Shown here piece by piece: positions 29,817 to 37,276 of a DNA stretch of 64,000 bases. The position numbers and the translations under genes were made by a program. Source of the DNA: an uncultured Acidobacteriaceae bacterium (GTDB lineage: Bacteria > Acidobacteriota > Terriglobia > Terriglobales > Acidobacteriaceae); contig CAWHVM010000003.1 in assembly GCA_963832755.1 (NCBI GenBank), positions 521,420 to 585,419 on the forward strand. Direction: 5' to 3'. A model generated the notes under the pieces. It saw only the letters and a program-made list of their open reading frames with translations. It ran no database searches and was not told the origin of the DNA. How positions within the stretch are numbered: position 1 is the stretch's first letter; every line of letters starts with the position of its first letter.

Positions 29817-30215
29817 GTGGAAGAATTTTACTGCCCCGTGAAGCTGACCACAGACGTGATTGGCGGCAAGTGGAAACCGCTGATCCTCTTTTATCTCGAA
29901 GGCGGGACCAAACGATTTGGGGAGCTTCGCAAACTAATTCCGGGAATGACTAAGAAAATGCTGACCCAACATCTGCGTGACCTGGAACGCGATGAAGTCA
30001 TTCGCCGGAAAGTCTATGCCGTGGTGCCGCCAAAGGTGGAATATTCGCTGACCAAACATGGAGAAAGCCTCAAGCCCATCCTCAAGCTCATGTCGGCGTG
30101 GGGCGCGAAGCACCGCAAGCGGTACGGTATTCCAAAGAGCAAGAACCGGCCGTTGACGCTCCCAAATTCTCCAAGACAATCCGCGGCCTCGCAGCAGACG
30201 CTGTCAAGCGGCTAG
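29817..30215 (+). CDS. HxlR-family transcriptional regulator
   Basis: [58 protein letters not shown] prefer the GTG at 29817 (AAGGAG 6 nt upstream) over the TTG at 29796. Confidence 0.87.
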   Translation: MEEFYCPVKLTTDVIGGKWKPLILFYLEGGTKRFGELRKLIPGMTKKMLTQHLRDLERDEVIRRKVYAVVPPKVEYSLTKHGESLKPILKLMSAWGAKHRKRYGIPKSKNRPLTLPNSPRQSAASQQTLSSG

Positions 30216-30239
30216 CCCACAGACAGAGTGCGACGACCC

Positions 30240-31346
30240 TCAGGCGCGCTTCCACGTCACAGCAGGCGGACCCCAAACTTCCTCGGCGGTTTCGGCGACC
30301 AGGCGTAGCTTGGCCTCCTCATCGGCCACGCTTACCAGGTTGCCCTCGATCGTAGATGCAAAACCGCACTGCGGACTGAGCGCCAGCCGCTCCAAAGGGA
30401 TGAACTGCGAGGCTTGCTCGATGCGCTGTTTCAGTTCGTCCTTGCTCTCCAGGGCTGGCTTTTTGGAGCTGACGAGCCCCAGGACGACCGTGCGATCTTC
30501 GGGAACCTGGCGCAGTGGCTCGAAACCGCCCGAACGCTCATCGTCATATTCAAGCAGAAAGCGGTGAAAACGCGTTTTCTGAAACACCTTGGTGATCGGG
30601 CCATAATCGCCGGAAGCATAGAACCGGCTTTGATTATTGCCGCGGCAAAGGTGCAGGCCAAAAATAACGCCCGGATGATTGCCAATGACCGCATTGTCCA
30701 TTTCGGTGGAAAGATCGAGCAACCGGTCGGGATCATTGCCACGCTGGCGGTATCCCTCGCGCAACCGAGGGTCGAGCAAAGCGGCATATTGCGGCGAGTC
30801 AATCTGAATATATGTGCATCCCAGGCGGATTAACTCTTCCACTTCGTCCCGCAAGATGTCCACCAGATCGGCCAGATAACCGTCAATCTTGGGATAAGCG
30901 GCAGACGACTTCTTGTTGTCGTAATAAGCGGCTGCCTGCTGGGCGCTGATCATGGTTGTTTTTGCAGGATGATTTGTACGTGCCCGTAAATAGGTAAACT
31001 CCTCGGCGCACAAGGGGCGTTTCCGGCGGAGTTTAGAAACCACGACCGGCCGGGGCTGCACTACCTCCTCGCCTTTTTCGTTGCGGAAAGGAATGGCCCA
31101 TCCGCCGAACTTATCGAAGCCCTCCACGGCATCGATCAAGTGCCCGTAGAAAGCGTAGCGGCGCATCTCGCCGTCGGTGAGCATTTCCAGCCCGGCGCGC
31201 TTCTGCAACTCGACGGCTTCGTCAACCGCCCTGTCCTCGAGAGACTTGAACTCCGAATGGCCGATCTGGCCTTTCTCATGACGTTCGCGAGCGTCCTTCA
31301 AATACGAAGGTCGCAACAGACTTCCGACAACGTCGCTTCGATACAC
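30240..31346 (-). CDS. short cobalamin-independent methionine-synthase-like (MetE C-terminal/Meth_synt_2) zinc methyltransferase
   Basis: 368 aa. MYRSDVVGSLLRPSYLKDARE...LTDGEMRR. Putative Zn ligands in GLHLCRGN and LSPQCGF. Confidence 0.82.
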   Translation of the reverse strand: MYRSDVVGSLLRPSYLKDARERHEKGQIGHSEFKSLEDRAVDEAVELQKRAGLEMLTDGEMRRYAFYGHLIDAVEGFDKFGGWAIPFRNEKGEEVVQPRPVVVSKLRRKRPLCAEEFTYLRARTNHPAKTTMISAQQAAAYYDNKKSSAAYPKIDGYLADLVDILRDEVEELIRLGCTYIQIDSPQYAALLDPRLREGYRQRGNDPDRLLDLSTEMDNAVIGNHPGVIFGLHLCRGNNQSRFYASGDYGPITKVFQKTRFHRFLLEYDDERSGGFEPLRQVPEDRTVVLGLVSSKKPALESKDELKQRIEQASQFIPLERLALSPQCGFASTIEGNLVSVADEEAKLRLVAETAEEVWGPPAVTWKRA

Positions 31347-31358
31347 AAGACCTCCTCT

Positions 31359-33527
31359 TCAATGCTTTTGGACATGGGCATCCTGATTGCGGCGAAAGAT
31401 CACGTACGCGCGGATTGCGATGGCATCATCGCGAGAAAGTTCCTTGGAGAAAGAAACCATTCCTTGTGATTGCAAATCGCCCCGCAACACAATCTCGAAC
31501 CAGGTGTCATCGGTGAGGGTGCTGCTGCGCCGCAAATCGGGCAGCACTCCTCCGCTCACGGCGACATCGCCGTGGCATCCGGCACAATATCTTTGAAAAA
31601 GCCGTTCGCCGTTGTGAACGGTTGCAGAACTCGCTCGATTCGGCAGCGCCGTCAGCGGTGGCGGCTCGGTGGCTTGCAGGGGCGGCAGGCTGGCCTTTCC
31701 TCCGAGTTCGAAAACCAGCATGCGGCTGACGTTGCGTACGCGCCCGGAGGCGAAAGAAACCTCGCCCGCGGCCAGCGGGAACACGCCGCCCCAACCGGCA
31801 AGGACAGCTACATACTGTTTGCCGTCGGCCTCGTAGGTCACTGGGCCGGCCATCACTCCGGTCTGAGCTGCGAATGACCACAGCTTCTCGCCCGCGTCGG
31901 CATGGTAAGCTTCGAAGTTTCCGCTGGCTGTTCCTTCAAAAACCAGATTTCCCGCCGTCGCAAGCGTTCCGCCATTCCAGGGTCCGGGCCGCTCAATCGT
32001 CCAGACAGCCCTTTGCTGCACTGGATCCCAGGCCACTAGTTTTCCTCTCACCGTCCCGAGAATTGCTTTTTTCGCTTTCGGATCCTGCGGCAAGCCTGCC
32101 GCCACTACATCGATGCCGTAATTCGGAGCCAGCTTCTTCGCTTCGAAAATGTCGGGCAGTTTGTATTTGAAGCCGGCATCGTTGACCGGAATGTAGGCAA
32201 GATGGGTGACTGGGCTGTACGACATCGGTTGCCAACTGTGCGCCCCGATGGGCCCAGGCACGATGGGTGCAGGATCGGCCCCAGCGTACCTCGCAACGGC
32301 GGTTTCGATGGGACGACCGGTTCTCAGGTCTACTCCGCTCGCCCAGTTGACAAACGTGTACGGCTTGGCGGAAATAAGGGCGCCGTTCGTGCGGTCGATG
32401 ACATAGAAGAAGCCATTTTTCGGCGCCTGCATTAAGACTTTACGAGTACGCCCATCGATGTTGAGATCGGCGAGGATGATGTCTTCGTCGGAGTCGAAAT
32501 CCCACGCGTCGCCGGGGTCTTCCTGATAGTGCCAGATGTACTCTCCGGTCTCCATTTTGAGCGCAACAATGGAGCAGGTGAGCAAATTGTCGCCGCCCTT
32601 CGGGCTGCGAAATTTTTCGCTCCACGGAGTACCGTTGCCGGTGCCGATGTAGAGCTGATCGAGTTCGGGATCATACGCCATCGCGTTCCACACTGTGCCG
32701 CCGCCTCCGAGCTTCCACCACTCACCACTCCAGGTCCGGGCAGCTTTTGCGAGAATCGGACTTTCGAACGGCTTCGAGGGGTCGCCTGGCACGGTGTAAA
32801 AGCGCCATACCAATTTTCCGGTGTCGCTGTCATAGGCCGAAACGTAACCGCGCACTCCAAATTCCCCGCCTCCATTGCCGATAAATACTTTGCCCTTGAT
32901 TATTCGGGGAGCGCCGGTGATGGTGTAGCGAAAATTGGGATCGATGGTAAGCGTTTCCCAAACAAGATGGCCGGTCTTCCTATCCAGAGCGATCAGGCGT
33001 CCATCGAGGGTGCCGAAAAATATTCTGCCGTTCCAGGCCGCAACTCCCCGGTTCACCACGTCACAACATGCGTTCACTGCCCAATTGCCGGGGACTTTGG
33101 GATCATAGGACCAAAGCAGTTGCCCGGTGGCGGCATTCAACGCGAAGACTTTGCTCCATGCGCTGGTAAAGTACATCACGCCCTCGACCACGATCGGAGT
33201 TGCTTCCTGGCCTCGGTTCGTGTCCAGGTCGTAATGCCAGGCCAATCCGAGCTGCGAGATATTCTGATCATTAATCTGAGTCAACGGGCTGAAATGCTGC
33301 TCGCCGTAAGTGCGGCCGTAGGTCATCCAGTTTCCCGGCTCGCGATCGGGATTGGTGATGCGGGATTCGTTTACATCCGCAGGTCGGACTGGGTTCACAG
33401 AAGCGACTTTTGTTTGACGGCACGACGAGATCGATGCGAGGACAACTGTGATCGCGAGAAGTCTGATGGTGCGATCCAAGTGGGTTTTCGGATTTCCCAT
33501 TCGCATTGAGGCAGACGTACGAGTCAA
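31359..33527 (-). CDS. PQQ-dependent quinohemoprotein alcohol dehydrogenase (C-terminal cytochrome c domain), probable lipoprotein
   Basis: Vicinal Cys ring NACCDVVNRG, W-rich propeller repeats, and C-terminal haem site YCAGCHG. N-terminus ...VVLASISSC is lipobox-like. The start may be M1, M8 or M10. Confidence 0.9.
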   Translation of the reverse strand: MTRTSASMRMGNPKTHLDRTIRLLAITVVLASISSCRQTKVASVNPVRPADVNESRITNPDREPGNWMTYGRTYGEQHFSPLTQINDQNISQLGLAWHYDLDTNRGQEATPIVVEGVMYFTSAWSKVFALNAATGQLLWSYDPKVPGNWAVNACCDVVNRGVAAWNGRIFFGTLDGRLIALDRKTGHLVWETLTIDPNFRYTITGAPRIIKGKVFIGNGGGEFGVRGYVSAYDSDTGKLVWRFYTVPGDPSKPFESPILAKAARTWSGEWWKLGGGGTVWNAMAYDPELDQLYIGTGNGTPWSEKFRSPKGGDNLLTCSIVALKMETGEYIWHYQEDPGDAWDFDSDEDIILADLNIDGRTRKVLMQAPKNGFFYVIDRTNGALISAKPYTFVNWASGVDLRTGRPIETAVARYAGADPAPIVPGPIGAHSWQPMSYSPVTHLAYIPVNDAGFKYKLPDIFEAKKLAPNYGIDVVAAGLPQDPKAKKAILGTVRGKLVAWDPVQQRAVWTIERPGPWNGGTLATAGNLVFEGTASGNFEAYHADAGEKLWSFAAQTGVMAGPVTYEADGKQYVAVLAGWGGVFPLAAGEVSFASGRVRNVSRMLVFELGGKASLPPLQATEPPPLTALPNRASSATVHNGERLFQRYCAGCHGDVAVSGGVLPDLRRSSTLTDDTWFEIVLRGDLQSQGMVSFSKELSRDDAIAIRAYVIFRRNQDAHVQKH

Positions 33528-34109
33528 TCACACGTCGAAGAAAACTGTTTCCCGATCTCCCTGAAGTCGCACATCGAACCGCCAATATCCGGGACGGGCA
33601 GACTCTGGTCGGGCTGTTAACGTGTCGCGCCGCTCAGGTGGAATCAACTGGAGGATCGGATCCTCGTCGTTGGCGGCATCTCCGGCGAAATAAACTCGCG
33701 TGTAGAGCTGCTTCAGCATTCCGCGAGCGAAAACCGCCAGGGTCAGATGCGGCGCTTGCAAATTACCGTTGGGAACACGTCCAGGCCTTATCGTTTCCAG
33801 TAAGCAACTGCCATCTTCTCCGGTGGCGATGCGGCCAAAGCCGATCCATCCCGGGTCGGGCGTTTTGGGTTGCGGGTCGTCGGGATGGTTGTATTTTCCG
33901 TTCGAGTCGGCTTGCCAAATTTCCAGCATCGCATCGTCAACCGGGGCGCCGTCACCGTCGAGTACACGAAAGGTGATCCAGACGCGCTCGCCCCTAGCCT
34001 GCGGACCCGCGACACACCCGATGCGGTGTTCGTCGGTGGTCAGCTCAATCCGGAAATATGGGCCAACCGTCTGCGAGGGTGTCGGGACCAGATTCGTATC
34101 AGGTTTCAA
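33528..34109 (-). CDS. pcaG: protocatechuate 3,4-dioxygenase alpha subunit
   Basis: MKPDTNLVPTPSQTVGPYFRIELTT...LEIWQADSNGKYNHPDD. 193 aa. Overlaps the pcaH stop by 11 nt. Confidence 0.9.
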   Translation of the reverse strand: MKPDTNLVPTPSQTVGPYFRIELTTDEHRIGCVAGPQARGERVWITFRVLDGDGAPVDDAMLEIWQADSNGKYNHPDDPQPKTPDPGWIGFGRIATGEDGSCLLETIRPGRVPNGNLQAPHLTLAVFARGMLKQLYTRVYFAGDAANDEDPILQLIPPERRDTLTARPESARPGYWRFDVRLQGDRETVFFDV

Positions 34110-34824
34110 AAGGTGTGGCCTCCGGCCCGCGCAGCACGATGTCGAATTTGAAACCCTTCGCCCATTGCGGCCGCGTAGTCTCCAGATCGAACTTCGAAAT
34201 CAGCCGCAGTCTGGCTCGTTCATCCGGTATGGATTGGAAGATGGGATCGTAGTCGAACAGTGGATCACCGGGAAAATACATCTGCGTCACCAGACGCGAG
34301 ATAAAAGCCGTCCCGAAGACTGAAAAGTGAATATGCGCGGGGCGCCACGCGTTGAAGTGATTGTTCCAGGGGTATGCTCCGGGCTTGATGGTGATGAAGC
34401 GGTACGCGCCGTTTTCATCGGTCATGGTTCGACCGGCGCCACTGAAATTGGGATCGAGCGGGGCGGGATGCTGGTCGCCGATGTGTTTGTACCTTCCGGC
34501 GGAGTTCGCCTGCCAAATCTCGATGAGTGCGTTGGGAATAGCCCGCCCGTTACTGTCGAGCACGCGTCCGCTCACGATGATGCGCTCGCCGATCGGCTCA
34601 CCAGAGTGCTGGCAGGTCAGATCGTGATCGTTTTCCCCAACCTTGTCATGCCCAAAAATGGGTCCGGCAATCTCCGACAGGGTGTGTGGCAGAATGACGA
34701 GAGGCTTGAGTGGCGCGCGTTTAATGGTCGTCCGATAAGGCTCATACAAAGAGGGTGGCTGACTGCCCTTGGGCGGCCGAGCATAGGCCTTGACTGAAAC
34801 TCGCGCGTTCACCCCGGAATCCAT
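34099..34824 (-). CDS. pcaH: protocatechuate 3,4-dioxygenase beta subunit
   Basis: Start trimmed to MDSGVNARVSV. Contains IEIWQANSAGRYKHIGDQH...NAWRPAHIHFSVFG. 241 aa. Confidence 0.9.
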   Translation of the reverse strand: MDSGVNARVSVKAYARPPKGSQPPSLYEPYRTTIKRAPLKPLVILPHTLSEIAGPIFGHDKVGENDHDLTCQHSGEPIGERIIVSGRVLDSNGRAIPNALIEIWQANSAGRYKHIGDQHPAPLDPNFSGAGRTMTDENGAYRFITIKPGAYPWNNHFNAWRPAHIHFSVFGTAFISRLVTQMYFPGDPLFDYDPIFQSIPDERARLRLISKFDLETTRPQWAKGFKFDIVLRGPEATPFET

Positions 34825-34937
34825 GCCACTCCAATTCCCGGCGCGCGCGGATTGGGTGTTGCGGCCACCCGCAAGAACCCAAGTCCCTCGCTTCGCTCGG
34901 GATGACAAGCAAAAAAGATAGTCCACTGCTGCGCCGT

Positions 34938-36431
34938 TCAAACTCGCGCGCACACCGACTTGCCTTCGGTATACAACTCTAACGCCGGTTTGCCCCACTC
35001 GCGTCCCCAACCCGACTGCTTGTATCCCCCGAAAGGCAGAGCGGAATCGAAGACGTTGTAGCAGTTGATCCAAACCGTCCCAGCTTTCAACTTCTTCGCC
35101 AGGAGATGTGCCTTGCTGATGTCGCGTGTCCATACGGCTGAGGCCAGACCGTAAATGCTGTCGTTGGCGAAGCCTGCCACTTCACCCAGGTCGCCGAACG
35201 GAATCGCCGTTACCACCGGACCGAAAATTTCTTCGCGGACTACTTTCATGCCCGGCTTCACGTCGACCAGCACCGTCGGTTCAACAAAGTATCCAGGGCC
35301 ATCGATCTTCTTGCCACCGATCACCGCTTTAGCGCCGTCCTTACTGCCGGAATCGAGATAGCCGCAGACTCGATCTTGCTGTTCTTTTGAAACCAGTGGC
35401 CCCATGTTGTTGGCGGGATCAATTCCCGGACCGATGTGAAAACTCTTGGTGAAGTCGGCAACGCCTTCCACCACTTTGTCGAAAATGCTCTTATGTGCAA
35501 ACAGTCGCGAGCCGGCGGCGCAGATTTCGCCCTGGTTAAAGAAAATCGCCATGGCGCTGCCCGGGATAGCCTGTTCCAAGTCGGCATCCGCAAGAACAAC
35601 GTTGGGTGACTTGCCTCCCAACTCCAGCGAAACCTTTTTCAGATTTCCGCTGGCGGCGTTCAGAATGATCTTGCCAACTTCGGTCGATCCAGTGAAAGCA
35701 ATCTTGTCTACATCCGGATGGGCGGCGAGCGCAGCGCCCGCGGTTTCGCCAAAACCCGGCACAATGTTGACCACACCCTCGGGGAAGCCTGCCTCCATGA
35801 CCAACTCCCCAAGTCGCAGCGCGGTCAAAGGAGTTTGTTCGGCGGGTTTCAAAACAACGGTGCAGCCCACGGCCAAGGCTGGACCCAGCTTCATCGACGC
35901 CATAATCAGCGGAAAATTCCACGGAATAATCTGACCCGCAACCCCCACCGGCTCGCGTAGCGTATAAGCCAGGTATTGTCCCCCCGGCGCAGAAATCGGA
36001 ATGGTGGCGCCTTCCACCTTTGTCGCCCAGCCCGCATAGTACCGAAACGCGTCCGACACGGTCGGGATGTCCACAATACGGGAGAAGAAGACTGGTTTAC
36101 CGTTGTCCAGAGTTTCCAGTTCGGCCAATTCTTCGTGATGCTGGTCAACCAAATCGGCCAGTTTCCACAGCAGTCTGCCTCGTTCCGACGGCGACATCTC
36201 CTGCCATGGGCCGGATTCGAAAGCCTTACGCGCAGCTTTGACCGCCAGATCGATGTCGGCTTTATCCCCTTCCGCTACCCGGGCCAACACCTCGCCCGTG
36301 GCTGGGTTGTACGTCTCAAAGGTCTTGCCGGAAACCGCATCAACCCATTTGCCCCCGATCAACATTTTCCGGGGTTTGGCGATGAACTCGCTAACACTGC
36401 TTTGTATTTGCGGCATTACTGTGGTGGCCAT
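34938..36431 (-). CDS. NAD(P)-dependent aldehyde dehydrogenase
   Basis: 497 aa. Motifs FTGSTEVGK, ELGGKSP and FFNQGEICAAGSR. AGGAGG 5 nt upstream of the ATG. Confidence 0.92.
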   Translation of the reverse strand: MATTVMPQIQSSVSEFIAKPRKMLIGGKWVDAVSGKTFETYNPATGEVLARVAEGDKADIDLAVKAARKAFESGPWQEMSPSERGRLLWKLADLVDQHHEELAELETLDNGKPVFFSRIVDIPTVSDAFRYYAGWATKVEGATIPISAPGGQYLAYTLREPVGVAGQIIPWNFPLIMASMKLGPALAVGCTVVLKPAEQTPLTALRLGELVMEAGFPEGVVNIVPGFGETAGAALAAHPDVDKIAFTGSTEVGKIILNAASGNLKKVSLELGGKSPNVVLADADLEQAIPGSAMAIFFNQGEICAAGSRLFAHKSIFDKVVEGVADFTKSFHIGPGIDPANNMGPLVSKEQQDRVCGYLDSGSKDGAKAVIGGKKIDGPGYFVEPTVLVDVKPGMKVVREEIFGPVVTAIPFGDLGEVAGFANDSIYGLASAVWTRDISKAHLLAKKLKAGTVWINCYNVFDSALPFGGYKQSGWGREWGKPALELYTEGKSVCARV

Positions 36432-36604
36432 GTTTCCTCCTGCTTGTACCGGCTCAGCCTGAATTTTAATTTCTCGTGCGCTTTATTAGATGCTTCATGC
36501 CCGAACCCAGGCCGGTCAAGATAATCATCGAATTCTTGCTTGCGCAGCCAAGCACCGTGATTTTCAGGCTGGCGGATCGGAGGGATGGTCTTGGAGTTGC
36601 CCAT
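36416..36604 (-). CDS. possible small hypothetical protein (62 aa), translationally overlapping the ALDH start
   Basis: MGNSKTIPPIRQPENHGAWLRKQEFDDYLDRPGFGHEASNKAHEKLKFRLSRYKQEETWPPQ. GGAG 8 nt upstream of the ATG. The stop overlaps the ALDH ATG by 16 nt. No recognisable family. Confidence 0.3.
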   Translation of the reverse strand: MGNSKTIPPIRQPENHGAWLRKQEFDDYLDRPGFGHEASNKAHEKLKFRLSRYKQEETWPPQ

Positions 36605-36765
36605 GCTCTGATCTCCCCAATCCGCGGGAGGAATGCCCCTTGATCCTGCTGAGTGCAGAGGCAAGGAGGGATTTGCATGGCACTTGCGATTGAAGGTGAA
36701 CTCTGTTTCTCAGCAAATTCTCGAATTGCACCGCCACCCAAAACCCCTGCCACGCTTCGCCCGGT

Positions 36766-37197
36766 TCACTTTGCCTGTATCGATCCAAGGTATCGGTTGA
36801 GATTGGCAATGCGCATCGTAAGCAGCTCTTCGTGGCCCTGGCTCATCTTCCAGAATACCGGGCCCCAGATGGGCATGTCCTGACCGTGCGCCACCAGCAT
36901 GGTCTGGCCGCGAAGAATACTGGTGACTTTATCCGCGGGGTACTTCCCGCCATTTTGCTTGGCCAACATGGTTAGATCTGCCGGAGCCTGCTTTAGGGCA
37001 CCAGCCGCGGGACCGTCTCCCTTGGCGTCTTTGCCGTGGCAGGAGGCGCAGTAGCTCATGAACATTTCCTTACCCGAAGCCGGTGAGGTGGCGGCCGCCG
37101 TTGTGTGCTTTACAGTGGGCGTGGCCTCCTGTCCAGCGGAAGTAACCGGAACTGCGAGCGCCAATGCGGCCAGGAAACTCAGGTATCGAAATCTCAT
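36766..37197 (-). CDS. mono-haem c-type cytochrome, exported
   Basis: Start trimmed to MRFRYLSFLAALALAVPVTSAGQ (signal peptide). Haem site CASCHG and distal-Met context DMPIWG. Confidence 0.85.
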   Translation of the reverse strand: MRFRYLSFLAALALAVPVTSAGQEATPTVKHTTAAATSPASGKEMFMSYCASCHGKDAKGDGPAAGALKQAPADLTMLAKQNGGKYPADKVTSILRGQTMLVAHGQDMPIWGPVFWKMSQGHEELLTMRIANLNRYLGSIQAK

Positions 37198-37233
37198 GAA
37201 ACCCTCCCCATCAGAAACCCTCAAGCAAGCCCC

Positions 37234-37260
37234 CCAGGCGCGAAGGGTATATGCGCCTGG
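37234..37260 (-). terminator. 8-bp perfect-stem hairpin between the TBDR stop and the cytochrome c start (no U-tract)
   Basis: CCAGGCGC-N11-GCGCCTGG, 17 nt downstream of the TBDR stop. Not followed by a T-run, so its function as a terminator is doubtful. Confidence 0.25.
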
Positions 37261-37276
37261 GAGTTATACCCTCGCC

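Noticed and set aside
32529-33509. 326-aa plus-strand ORF opposite the PQQ-ADH gene
   Set aside because: The minus strand encodes an unmistakable quinohemoprotein ADH. The plus-frame product has no recognisable features.
36416-36664. Possibility that the small ORF next to the PQQ-ADH/ALDH genes is a PqqA precursor (it contains E-F-D-D-Y, an ExxxY spacing)
   Set aside because: PqqA peptides are about 20-30 aa with a conserved E-V-T-x-Y context and sit next to pqqBCDE. This ORF is 62-82 aa, lacks that context, and no pqq biosynthesis genes are nearby.
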